A stretch of 64,000 bases of DNA from Klebsormidium nitens (taxonomy: Eukaryota > Plantae > Klebsormidiophyceae): the NCBI GenBank assembly GCA_000708835.1, contig DF237233.1:49751-113750 (forward strand), written 5' to 3'. Of the stretch, positions 1-13,300 are shown one piece after another (the first letter of the stretch is position 1; each line of letters starts with the position of its first letter). Position numbers and translations under genes: made by a program. The notes under the pieces were generated by a model that ran no database searches, had not been told where the DNA came from, and saw only the letters and a program-made list of their open reading frames with translations.

Positions 1-572
1 CGATCTGCGCCGGACTTGGTTTTCCATTTGCCGTTCCAAGGAACAATACCTGGAAGTCTGGTCCACTTTGTCTTACAAACAGAAAGCTGAAGCATAGCAA
101 GTCGTCGGCTGCTCCAAAGGATAGCCTCCTCTGCCAGTTGCAGTTTTCAACTGGAACAGGAAGCTTGAGATTCCAGACAACGACCGTCATAAGCAACATG
201 GGAACATGGCAGAGACGGAGTCTGTCCGCCGGGGAGGAGGACGCGGCAGAGCACTAAATCCGAGAACAAAAAACATTTTCAATGTGGTGGCGGCTGCAGA
301 AGGGACGGATGGCCGACGCGGACACGAGTCCAACTATAGATGCAAGCAAAGGTCAGAGAAAGTGCGTCGGCCAGTGAAGCAAACGCAGTAGGGATAGGTA
401 GATCTGACTTGGATACTCTGCGGTTCTTCTACAAGCTGTACAGCGAGCCGACCACACGCTTAAAGACAAGGTTTGTACGTGACTTTCTGCTAAGTACAAT
501 CAAAACTGGCCGATCACCTCTGGCAACTAGCGCCGTGCTCGTGGGCCATCCTTGCCAGACACAAAGTCATCG

Positions 573-963
573 TTGGGACACGTGGCACGTTTTTGGCATA
601 CCTAGTCGAACCTAACGAGACTGAAAACTGATTTGACGGCTTGTCACCACCTTGTGTCGATCTATGGATCCGAGCGACAAAAAACCAAAGCAGAAGGGCT
701 GTTTTTTTGCGGCTTTCAAGGATCTAGCTGCGATTGACGAGCTGTTCGCCAAGCTACTGGACGATCAGCAGAATCAATATTGGGACACGTGGCACGTTTA
801 GCATACCTTTTCGACAACATTACTGAGCCAGACCCAACAAGACTGGGTTTCGTTGTTAATCATCGCCTTGAGTCACCCTTTGGGCCTAAAACACTTAACC
901 CGAAACTTTAGACTCTTTTCTGCAGCTTTCATTGATGTACCTGCCACTGACGAGCTGTTCGCC
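573..963. repeat. Diverged ~210-bp direct duplication, each copy carrying an ABRE/G-box
   Basis: TTGGGACACGTGGCACGTTT at 573 and 780; TGACGAGCTGTTCGCC at 735 and 948. ACACGTGGC is the canonical ABRE core. Confidence 0.7.
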
Positions 964-1699
964 GGCCATGCAAGTTACGAGACATCATCGCCGATCGTCA
1001 TAGAGTGACGAATTCAAGGAGCTTCCGCAACCATTCAAATAGGACTTTTTGATGATCATGGACTCGCGGAGGAGTCAAACGACCTTCGGTTTGAGTGACG
1101 GGTTCTCACGCATACTTGCATTGTCAAACTTCACTCGTCGTCAGAGATCGTGCGCAACAAAGTCAGGAAGGTGGGGGGCAGACATTCTCGTCTTTTGAAG
1201 ACCACGAGCAACCAATACCCAAAATGCATTCGTACTCAAGGACGAGGGCTACAATGGATTAATCTAGGTGTTGCGAAAGGCGCTCAGGAGGCGGCGCGAA
1301 GGCTGGCCCTGGCAATCTGCGCCTACTTGTGCATCCTTGCCATTAGGAGCGAGATTGAAGAATCAAATCGAAAACAGGGTGTTTGTTGCTGTCTAAGAAG
1401 AAAAAGTCAAAAGCCCGTCTACATCTGTTTTGACTTTCGGCATCCGAACTGGGGGTTGAAAAACAAGTTTATGACAGGCAAAACGGTACGGATGAAGGCT
1501 GTCTGTCGGAGAGGGGGACGGAGTTTGTCTTTACTTGGTCGAATGAGGGCAATCAAACCTTGCAAAGTTCTACTCCGCTTAGAGTCAGCAGAAGGATGAC
1601 ATCATTGCCCAACAGATACGCAAGCATATTCAAGACCGATCAGCCCGCTTCGGCCCTGTAGGAACTTCATCGGAGAAGCAGGGCTCACCAATCACATGC

Positions 1700-3900
1700 T
1701 CAAGCGAAGCAGGAACCCGTGGATCGCCACGGTCTGCAGAATCTCCGAGCCGCTAGATTGTCCGTGATCTTCTTCAACGGTTCGGTCGGACATTCCGAAG
1801 ACAGGCGTGCTCTGCTTACAGTATCAGCTAGAAGCGGCGATGGGATCCACTTGCAATTTAAAAGCTCAAGACGATGGAAAAACGATAGCGGACTTGAACC
1901 GGGATCCTGCTGGCCCCTTGAAAAAAAGTCATTCAGTAATTCGAAACCGTCTCTCAGAGACAAAGCTAACATCCTCAGATACAGCGATCAACGTGTGAGC
2001 CCAGCCGGATCTTCGCAACTGACGGTCGGACCTTGCTTGTTCAGCTCTTTCCCATGGGTGACCTCAGCGCGTCATCCCCAACATCCTCTGGTTATAAAGT
2101 CCTTATAAAATCCTGAAAGAGCCGGTTTGATGCAAAGAACTGTCAATTGGCAAGGACAGTCAGCCGATGTCAAGCTCCAGAGGTCCCTCGTAATGCTGGC
2201 CGAAGGGCAACATAACAATGCCGTGCATTGGACGTGGGAGAGTGTGGCAGTCAACTTAAGTACCGCTGGTCGTGGAGCCATATACAGCGGTGACACGACC
2301 GCATCTTAAAATCCAAATCTTCTTCTCTTCTTTCACCCCTCACAGCAGATGACCCAGATTCTTGCGCACAGATAATCCGTCAAATGGCAACCACTTGTGA
2401 ACTCTTCGCAAGTTCGACAAGCTTTGGCCAAAGAACTTTGCGGCCTATGTGCGCAAGCATTTGTTGTGCTTTTATAGCAACCGCATCGGGAATTTGTTCA
2501 AAGAGATTGTTGCGTTGCTACGTGGCATCTTTACAAGCTAAACACGGCGCACGATTCAAAGCACGGTAGCAGACTGAAAATACCTCGGCGGACAAAAAAG
2601 CTCTTCTAACAAAGACAGACAAGCTCAGTGGAACGTGAGGCAGCAGGCCGGGCAAGGGGATGGTCGAAGGGTTCAGCCAAAAAGGTGCTGTGCACGCAAT
2701 TTATAGGGTGACCTTGAGCAAAGGCAGGAAAATTTCCGTACCTCATAAGATCGCCATTGCTTGGTTTGCTTAGGTAGAAATGAACCGCACCCATTCAACG
2801 AGTAGAACAATTGCAGACAAAGCACAGTTCACCGGAAGGCATCAGGATAGCTTCGTACATCAATGACCGCTGTGGCCAAACGTGCATTGCTTATCACTGC
2901 CCTTCTTCGAGAAGGCTTGATATGCAAAGGTCATGAGTGAAAGGTTATTGACGACTGTAGACGCAACGAGAGAAACGAACGTACACGCCAGCCTAAGATC
3001 GGACGCAGTCAGGAACAGGGAATCCGACGTTCACTGGCACGTATGCGAGTGTCCAAAACAACCTCTTAAGCTAGGTTTGTAAACAAGCAAGCCCGCCGAA
3101 ACCCTGAAGCTGACCTTTATGTCATCTCCAGGCGAAACGGGTGCTCACGAGGCATTCAATCATATCAAGTCGCTTTGACAAGTAGCGCCATGCTCGCGGG
3201 CCATCCTTGCCAATTTGTAATGAGACATGTGGCAAGTGCTAATGAATCTTTGATGTTACTGAACCCGAAGCCAACTTTTTGCTTTTCGTAACTGAAAGGG
3301 AACTCAACCTTTCGTCAGTAGCCAGAGCCGACCTGGCTCCGAGGAGTTACCAAATCGGCCAACAACAAAACGGACCCCTGCGGCTTTCAGGAAAATAACA
3401 TCCTGGCATTGGCAATTGTGCGCCAAGCCTCGGCTAAACATCATTGCCGTTCAATCGCGAACGCAGGCCGCTGCCGCTAACACGGATTTCAAGGCTGTGG
3501 ATATAGTTTCACAAATGTGGGAATAAAACCTCAGATTCCAGCAATAAGTCCTCGCAAAATGGAATCGATCAAACTCCACCAATCGGGGAAAGCTCGTAAC
3601 ATGGTTAACAGTAGCAAGAAGAACGCTGAAATCGACGACCACGAAAACTTCTCTTAAAAATTGCATCGAACTTTAGACAGCCTGGGGATATACAGTTGGT
3701 ATTTATTGGTGGTGCGAAATGCACTCAGGAGGGAGTTAAATAATGGCGATCTCCGCCAGATTGGTTCCATCCTTGCCCTTCCAGTGCGCAGGACGTAAGC
3801 AACTCGCTTGCCTCAATTGTTGAGGATTTAAGATTGAAACGCATTGAAGTACCAAATGCTTAAGCTATGCGAGCTTCATGTTGCGTCCAGGCTGTCCGGC
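1700..3900 (-). mobile_element. Possible heavily decayed LINE reverse-transcriptase relics
   Basis: Weak RT-like strings only: VFVVVDFSVLLATVNH (3451-3666), similar to vflDfsKAFDtv.h; and RGQQDPGSSPLSF..LLADT (1700-1972), similar to RGvrQGdPLSP..FADD. No intact frame. Confidence 0.25.
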
Positions 3901-4349
3901 TTTGACACAGAGTCGGAATGGGGAAAGCAATCAAGAATGAACCCTGTCTATAAGAAAGAGCGACTGGGTTTGCAGAAGCTTTGTAATGCAGTCCATGACT
4001 GCTCTTGCCTCTTCAAATTACATTGAGGGAAGAGTAAGAGGTTGGTGGAGCGAGTAACTGCCCTTCCTTCAGAAAGACAACAAGATGCACACAGTTGCAG
4101 CTTGGCTTCCACAATATCGAGTGGCCACGGAAAGGACATAGCAGACATGTGCGGTGTGATATCACAACAGCGAACTAGGGCGGAAAGTACTGAACAGGTG
4201 AGGAGAAAGAACCATCAATAACCTCGGCACTCCCCGCAACCTTCAGGTATACCACAGTAACTGCAACGGACGAGTCTTCCTTAATGGGGTTCGTCAACCA
4301 GCAATCGAACCGTTTGTTTACTCTGCAACTTTAGCACTTCAGAAGCAGG

Positions 4350-7300
4350 TTACCGCCAGGCTGCCCCTTTCCTCTGCGGCTTCGTTTTTCCTCCCCCTCT
4401 CACTCTTGCCGCTCCGGTTTGGTGCGCGGCGCCCCCGCCGCCACTCAATAGGTTCCTGCAGCGCACCGCACTCGGCATCAGTTCCACTTCTCGTTGCTTG
4501 CGAGCGACACGTCTGAACGCGGTGAGTTGGTCAGCGATGTGAGCGTCCGATATTGGCGTGAGCTCATCAAAGTTCGTTTTCTACTTTATTTTCTTGCGGG
4601 CAAGCTTGAAATGATTGCCCCAGCCCCTGACGGCGCCCGGATCTCAAGATTTTAGCACCGCTCTACTACGACGGCGGTTTGGTGATCGTCTCTTCCCCAA
4701 ATACACTGACGTCTTGTTTTCTGAAAGTGAAGTCAAACAGGAAACCAGCTCAATGACCAGTAGCTTTTAGCGTTGCCTACAAAAAGTCCCCCGGTTGCTC
4801 GTCTTCCCAGTTGGTGGTGATTAGGAAGCTTAGTAAGCACTTGGTCGTGGAGATAGGGCGAAGAGAAAGAGTAACAAAGGACGAAAGACGAAAGACGAAG
4901 ACAAGCGGAGTCTAGCAACGTGTCGGACTTACCGGCTCGTGTCCAGCTGCTGTTGGACTACTGCACTCATCAGAAACTCCGTCGTGTAGATTGGCGTCCC
5001 TGCAAAAGAAGCGAGGATCACTTACGGGTTCAGTTGAGTGCCCCACTTCAAGGGATCGCCAACTTCTGAAATAGACGTTGAAGCATACAAGAAGGTTCCC
5101 CTTCTCAAAGAGAAATTTCAGAAGCTTTGAGTAAAGCCTCTAGGTTTCCCTCCAACCATAAAGGGGAGCAACCGAGGTATAGCATAATCGAGCTTCGAAT
5201 CGGGAAACGTGCTCATCAGAGCTTCGCTTGAATCAGGGTTGCTACATGACAATCACTTTGCAGAAAGTCCTCGGTTCGCCACATAATACGGTGAGCGAAT
5301 CAGCTCCGAGCGTGCTCGCAGGAGCGCTCTCTACTCGCAAAGCAGCCTGCTCAGATCGCTCGAGCTTTCAGTCCATTTTAGAAAGTGACGGACTTGCAGC
5401 ATGATTACGGTCCTAGCCCAACAATCAGGATAGAAGTGGCACCTGCCACTGGGGATGCCAAGAAACGTGCAAATTATTATGGTCGGCATCAACTTTCTGA
5501 CATTGCAAAGGGCCGTCCGCGAACGGACCAAAGGTGACCAATCAGAATGGGCCAGCTGTTCCCATCGTCCTTGCCCAGGTCTCGGAGAACCACAAACCGC
5601 TTTTGTTAGTGCAGCCAGTGTTCATTCGTAACCCACTCATGACTCGCAGAACAGAGCAGATAATACCGAAGGCCCGCCTTCAGCGGCAACGACTCTTTGA
5701 GAACTTCACGCTGGCCAGCAACGGGAGGGAGGCATCTCCAGCCGTTCTTATCGGCAGTGGCGTTAAATATCGCAACCAAGCAAGAGGCTGGCATCATGAG
5801 CAAAAGATGTAATGGAGCCTCTCTTAAAGGAGGCAATCAGTTTCAAAGAGAGTCAGTTCGTGGCCCCCAGGACGACCAACAAATTTTTGACTCATCGTGG
5901 CCCCTTCTGTACTGCTTGTGATTCAGAAAATCAGAAGTTGATCGCGGATGATCATCCTGCTGCCAAGGCACGGGCAAACCAGAAGTCATTGCAACCTTAT
6001 ATCATGGTTACTTTGGGCAGAACACAGAACCACCATTAAACTTGATAGCGAAAGAGCTACTCGGCATCAAAGAGAACCATTCCAGGTGTTGCACTGCCAT
6101 CGGAGCTTGCACTTCAGCATGCCAGCCGCCCCGTGCCTTTTCACTCAAAGGACAAAACGTGCTTCGATTTTCACAGGAGCTGGAAAGCTTACAGAGGCAA
6201 TCAGACTAGCTAGACTAGAGCCAAGAAACCCCGCTCGGTATTGACCTCATGCGGGAACCGCTTGAAGTATGCATGGAAAGTCCTGGACAACCACAGATTC
6301 TGGGAGGGCAGGCATCGTGCAGACCTCAATCCTGGCGGCTTCTCGCCATCACGAGGTATCATCCTTGCCCTGAAACATTTTACGATGGGTAAGGTGCAAC
6401 AATTCCCCCTAGGATGATAAATCCCCTTCGGACAACAAGTCATGACAATATTATCCCGAAACATGGCAAAGCATCGGAGAAAGACTGTGAATGAAGTATC
6501 GGAAACTAGGGTTTTAGCCATTACCCATGACGAAAAGAAAGTCAGGACTAAGCACACAAAACCTCAGCTTCTGACGGGCAATCAACGAACTCCCAACCTG
6601 CGTCTGGCAATCGTCTGCAGCCAACGTCACCAGTGATCATTGCCCACGAGAATGCTATCAGAACCTCCGCTTCAAAAGTTTCTACTACGCTGCACAACCC
6701 ATCTCCTCGCAACGTCTCGATGATTCCCTGGATCTCCAACATTCCCAGTACTCAGCAGATTTTGCAGATTGAAACCAGTGCAAAACTTCAGCAGGTGGGT
6801 CTAGTAGGAGCTTTCTAAAAAGGCACCAACTCTTCCGGCACTGTGGACGAGCTTGTCAGAGCTTCAGAAAACGAGGGAGTCATGCGCAGGGAAATGCATC
6901 GTAACAAACTTGCAACTGGCCAGTGTCGTCATTATGTCCTTACAACAGACCGATGGCACCAAAGATCAGATCGTAAAGATATGGCCAGACGCGATCTACC
7001 GACCTAAAACTTATGGCTCAGAGAAATCAGACCACAAAGACCAACCCTTGGCTGTATCGACCGTGGCAAATCTGCATCACTGCCCTTTCGTCTTAAACGC
7101 TCGATGCCTCAAAAACATAGAAGAGAGGTTTTCAAAATCGCTCCATTACGTTGCTGTATTCACGTAACGGATCTTCTTTCCAAGTATGTAATCTGGTTAA
7201 AAAGGACACAATATGGGGATTGACTGACCACTGGAAGCCGGCCCGATGCAGTATAAGGAACAACAAGAGAGAACTTCAAAATGCACTCAGCCTTCTCACA

Positions 7301-10300
7301 AGGTTTAGAGGTGAATCAGATAAATCAGGCTGGACCACAGCCTTAGGGAATTGCATAATATGCAGCAGCCCGGCCTTTTTAGCCGTTCCCAATTGACGAG
7401 CCAGGCACCGAGAAAGGAGCAGCAGCGCACACATCACATTAGTTGCATGGAGCGTCACAGTTCAATGAGCCAGAGCCGTCCGTCCAGCTTATCCGAAAAT
7501 CTACCGAACAACAGGCAAGCAACGACTCTTCAAAGCCAAAACGTCCCCTGAGCAGACTCTGACGAAAGGAACCCAACCTCACAAGCTGAACAATCAAATA
7601 TCGAGCCTACCAGACCTGAAGTCCAAAGATGAAAGCCAAACAAGCAAACCTCACGAAACTTTTCTCATCAAATTCGACTTCGCCCAGATTCGACGGTAGA
7701 CGCTCTCAAGGAACGGCGTATTGGAGCCTGCCTGCCGTAAAGACGCTTGTATCAAGTAGAGGGTCACCTTTGGTTGCGAGCGGCTCCCACAGGTTTCGGT
7801 CTTTGTCAGAGGACACGACGAGGCAGGAGTCGGCCCCGGCCCCTGTGAACCGCGTTATGAGCTGCGAGACAACGAGAGGCTGGTGCTGTAAGCGGAAGGA
7901 AGCACTGCTTCGGAGCTTGCGCTCTCTTTTGCGCACCTAGACGTTAGGTGAACGGTCGACGTGCGTTTGTGAGGCCAGCAGACACATACGTATAACTCGT
8001 GGAGCCAAAGACTGGCGAAGCGGGAAAGGGGAGTTGCAAAAAGCTGGCTGCATTGATTGGAACAGTGACCAAACACAGGAATAAGTCAGTGGACCGAGGC
8101 ATGCATTGAAGCGCTCTGTGGTTGATACAAGATCTGGTTGGCGTGACGTTGAACTGATTTGCAGAGGACGTTGGCCACGTGGTGCTCCGGCACTGCTTTT
8201 GAGTTCGATGAGTTCAGAGTACTTCAATACAAGAAGCCCCAGGAGATAGTTTTCTCAAAGTACTTATGTATAAGAAGCCCCAGGAGTTACTTTCCTCAAA
8301 GGAGCCTTGCTGTGACATCCGAAATAACCCAGCTGCGTGCGACTCATTTAGAAAAGAACCTAAATCGAACCAAGACTGACGCCTTTTCACAATCTAACAC
8401 AAGCAAGGAACAGGACGCACCTCGCCGCCACCCATCTCCAGGATGCCCTTGAAGAAATTTCGATCAGGAGTGGTGTTCGGGGTGATGTACACTTTGAGCC
8501 CCTGCAGAAGAAGGGACATGGTTCTCCCACGTTGCATGACGTTGCTAAAAGTCATTTTCTCAAAGCCTTACAGTCTGCCGCGAAAAGCAAACTCTCTGGG
8601 GAAGGGCCTAGATTTTCCCCGCTCTTTCACGGATCTATGGTGTTTTCCGTGAGAGCTCATGCTTACAACCTAATCCTACTCGCGGCCCAAACCAGAACTC
8701 TGCGATGGTCGGGGGCTGGCATAAGAGCGAGGTTCAAGGACAATCACAATCAAACGGGTAGGGTCTGCAGCACTTTGCTTTATTNNNNNNNNNNNNNNNN
8801 NNNNNNNNNNNNNNNNNNNNNNNNNNNNNNNNNNNNNNNNNNNNNNNNNNNNNNNNNNNNNNNNNNNNNNNNNNNNNNNNNNNNNNNNNNNNNNNNNNNN
8901 NNNNNNNNNNNNNNNNNNNNNNNNNNNNNNNNNNNNNNNNNNNNNNNNNNNNNNNNNNNNNNNNNNNNNNNNNNNNNNNNNNNNNNNNNNNNNNNNNNNN
9001 NNNNNNNNNNNNNNNNNNNNNNNNNNNNNNNNNNNNNNNNNNNNNNNNNNNNNNNNNNNNNNNNNNNNNNNNNNNNNNNNNNNNNNNNNNNNNNNNNNNN
9101 NNNNNNNNNNNNNNNNNNNNNNNNNNNNNNNNNNNNNNNNNNNNNNNNNNNNNNNNNNNNNNNNNNNNNNNNNNNNNNNNNNNNNNNNNNNNNNNNNNNN
9201 NNNNNNNNNNNNNNNNNNNNNNNNNNNNNNNNNNNNNNNNNNNNNNNGGGTAGGGTCTGCAGCACTTTGCTTTATTCAAATCTAGTGAAGTCTGGCGACT
9301 CCTCAAGAGCAAGATTGCTGTAAGGACCGAATAAATTGCGCCGCTGGCCAAAGGCAGGACACGAAGAGGCTCTGAACGGCGGTTCTCAAGGTTCGGGCTC
9401 CGTGGCAAAGTTCCTTGGCCGTCTTGCCAATGATGGCTGTCATCCTTGCCCTGGCGAACTCGAGAATATACGCACGGGCGCTTGTTCAATCCGACTTAAT
9501 AGAGCGGCTCAAAATACTGTAAACGAGATGCGATCGTAGGAACCGGGGCTTCCGTAGCAAAGTTTCGACACAGTTGCTCGAAGGAGCGAAGAAAGCGACA
9601 AGGTGGAAAGAGAGAGTCGGAAAGATGCCAGCACCCAGACATGCAACGATTATCGAGGCAATCGGGCCCGCACGCTTTCGGAGAACGTGCGAGGCTTGCA
9701 GTTCAACTAGGACGAGGTCAAGAGCGCCGTCGAATCGCGGTCACAAAGAACTCCTCAGTTGACACAAATGGCTTCTGGCTTTGCTTGTCCGGTAAGCTTT
9801 TGAGGTCGGAACCCATTTCAAAACCTGACAAGACGAGGCGAAATAGAGCGTCTTCAAGATTCCTACCTCAAAGATGCGCTTCTCCTTAGCGGCGGCCAGT
9901 GACGCTTTCAGCGAGAAGTTGAACTTCTTTTCCTGCTTCTCATCCTGCACATATAAGACGCCCTCTTGAGGAGAACTTTGGCGAGCTTTACGCAGTTCTC
10001 GACGGTGAAGTTGCAGCACGCCAGCACAAGGCAGGCGTCCGAAGCAGTCGACCACTTTGTATTCGTAACAGCCCACACACCCTAGTGTCAGATCAGGCAA
10101 GGAATACTCAAGTATGCCGTTAACTGGCCCACTTGAATACGTAACATGCTGGTCTTCTCTTCTCGATTCCAAGAGTCGGCCGTCTTTTCTATTCACAACC
10201 GCAGACCTGAAAGCACCTTGGATTGTTGACGACGTGATCGGACCAATAGTGATTTTGTACAGCGCGACGACTTTTCTGAGCTTCCCTCTTGGATTAACTT

Positions 10301-13300
10301 CAACCTTTTAATGAGTCTGAACACCGCAGCCCTCGAGATGGTAACAGAAACACCAGAACCGCTCGCGGTGATCAAGTAGGACGCCTTCGTTCAACCCACT
10401 CCTTGCCTCAACTTTCATCCGAAGCAGGGTCTAAATCATAACTGCATTTCGAAGAGAGTGACCGCAATCTCCTTGAACAGCTGCGGCTGAAAACCCATCA
10501 TTATTCTCCATCAGATCGAGCGGCACTGAACGATCCTCAGCCTGTTCAACGTCGCAAGCGAAAGGAAATCTAGCCCAGGAATGCTTCACCTGAAGGCATG
10601 CGGTTCTTCGTCCTCGAAGTAGCTCGCTTGCCCGCAGCTCTCCAGCCAGACGGCCCTGCCAAAATTGTGGCCAATCACCGCACCACAAAAAAACCAAGCG
10701 TCAGATTCCGTACCTGAAGCATATGCGGCTCCTCGTCTTCAAAGTAGTTCGCCTGACCGCAGCTCTCCAGCCAGCTGGCCTTCACGATCTTCTTGGCGCC
10801 CACGATCGCCTCCAACATCGTCTGCGTCCGGCCAAACGTCTCCGCGACCAGGTGCGTGCACGACGGCACGTCTTGCGCCTCTTGAGCGCCCAGCCGTTTG
10901 AGAATCTGTGGAAGACGTTGGTTTATGTTTGTTCCTTTCTTGTCCGGCCAATTAAAAGCTGCACCAGACGCATGCACGACGGCACATCTTGCGCCTCTTG
11001 GGCGCCCAGCCGTTTTGTCGAGAAAGAAGACTATTTTTCGAGAAAGAAGAATATCTTTAATCTTTGTACGAATGTGTGCGGGAAATTGGGGCTTCGTTTG
11101 GTCCGCCTTCTCGTGTGTCTTGCTTTTTAAAGTTGCCGAAAACTTTCTGCGACCAGGTGCGTGCACGACGGCACGTCCTGTGCCTCTTGCGCGCCCAGCC
11201 GTTTCAGAATCTGTGCAGAAACAAGAGGGTTGTGTTGAATCTGCTTTTTCGGATTGAGTTCTGGCCGGCCAAACGACTTCGCGACCAAATGCGTGCACGA
11301 CGGCACGTCTTAGACTTCTTACGCGCAATGTCAGAATCTTGAAAAAGAGACTTCAGTTTGGGGTATTTACTCGGTATTTGGCGGCAACTGGTATGTGGCG
11401 GCAAATTATAAGTAGCGGGCTGAAAGAGTATGCGACCACGTGCGTGCACGACGGCACGTTTCGCGACTTCCGGACACCCAATCTTTTCAGATTCTGTATA
11501 AGAGACGGATCAGTGTTTTGGGTCGCATTCTTTCGCGCCTCTTGCTAAGGGAATGTTCGACCGTCCGAACCTGGTCTGCAACCACGTGGCTTGCAGAAGT
11601 GCACGTCTTGCGCCTCCTAAACTCCCATCCGTTTCGACATCCGTGCCAAACGCACCCCTTTTGTAAAAGAGGCAATCCAAGCAGCGAGCACGCCCCCCTT
11701 TTGTACAGAATGCTACTCTAGCAGCGAGTCTGATCCGAATCACAGTCACAGTTGGACACACCTTCTTCTGGGCGGCCTTCACGCGATCCGGCATCCTGGA
11801 GCTGACGAAGACCCGCAGCTCCCCCATCTCCCGCTTCTTCCGCAGCGTCGGGCTCACCAAACCCTCCAGGTCATCGCTAACCCTGCCGCTAACCCGCACG
11901 CTGAGCCTCCCCCGGCCGCCTTGCCCCCCCCCATCGTCCCCACTCGTTCGAGCCCCCCTCGTCAAAGTTCTCGCCGACCCGCCCGCCTCTTCCGCTTTCC
12001 GCCGCTCAGCATTCCCCTCTGCCGGTGCTTCGTCTTTGCTCGTCCCCTGTTCTTCCGCTTCGTTAGTGGACTTTTTCGCTCCTCTTGACGACACCCGTTC
12101 TGATGGTCCGGCCTTACCCCCTTCGTCTGACGCTTTCTTCTCCGCTCCTTCTGCAACCAACTGCCCCCGTCGCGTTCGCTTCGTCGGCCTCTGCTCTTCT
12201 CCGCCTATTACCGCACCCGCCACATCATCATCCACCTTCTCCACCTTCGCATCTTCTTGTGGTGCTCCTCCTTGCTTCGCAGCAGCTCTGCCCCTCTTCC
12301 CAACACTTCGCTTCCCCTTTCTTTCGGCTGCCGCACCGATCTCAACGACTTCCTCTTCTTCCTCAGCACCACTTACATCCTCAAGCGCCCCCTGGTCTTT
12401 CACCGTTCCGCTTCCGGTTTCGTTTCCGCTTCCGGCCCTCAATTCCTTCTCTGCGCCCTCGCTCACATCAGTCCTGCCAGTCTTTGCCACCTCCACCTCT
12501 CCCTTCGGCTTTCTCCCCTTGCGTGCTGGCCTCGTCTCCACCGCTCTGGATTGTCCTACCTCTTCTTTCGCGCTCTCCTTGCCAGCACCTTGTCTTGTCG
12601 TCCTCCCCCCAGATCCTTGATCTTTTTCTGCCGCCTTTTCTGTTGCCGCATCCGTTCCTGCTGCAACAAACACGATCTCGCCGTCTTGATCTCCTTCAGC
12701 CGCATCCACTCCTCCCTCCCCTCCCTCGTCTCTTTCAGCCACTGCTTGCAATTCGAGCCCGCTTTGTTCCTCCAAAGTCTCTGCCTTCCTCTTACTCCCA
12801 CCCTTGCCTTTCGCCGTTACCATCGAACTCACTTCCTTGTCTCCGCTTCCAACACCAGCTTTACCTTTCCCAGGCCCCTTCTCTGCTCCTGGCTTCCGCT
12901 TCTCGACGACCTCTTTCTTCTCCCGCAAACTCGCTATCGGCACCTGGCTGAATGCAAGATCCAATCCTCCCGCCTCGTCCTCAGCTTGCTCCACCTCTCC
13001 TCTGCGATTCCTTGTCCTTATAAGACTCGCGATTGGCACCATACTGCTCCGCCTCCGAGCCCCCGGAGCCTCCTGGGGGGCCACTGACGCTGCCTTCTGG
13101 ACCCCCCCATCCCGTGCTTTCGCGGCTTCTGTTTGTGGCTTCTCAGGTTCGCTGCTCTTCGCCTCCCGAGATGGCGTCTCCCGGAACCTGCTGCTGACGA
13201 TTCTTCCCCCCGGCCCTCTCGCCCTCTTCGCGTCTCTTTCTTCCGCTTTCCCTCCAACAGCATCAGCCGCCTTCTCCGCTTCCTTTCCCCGTTTCCGACG

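Noticed and set aside
8532-9489. ORFs of 161-263 aa spanning the gap
   Set aside because: Artefacts of translating N runs.
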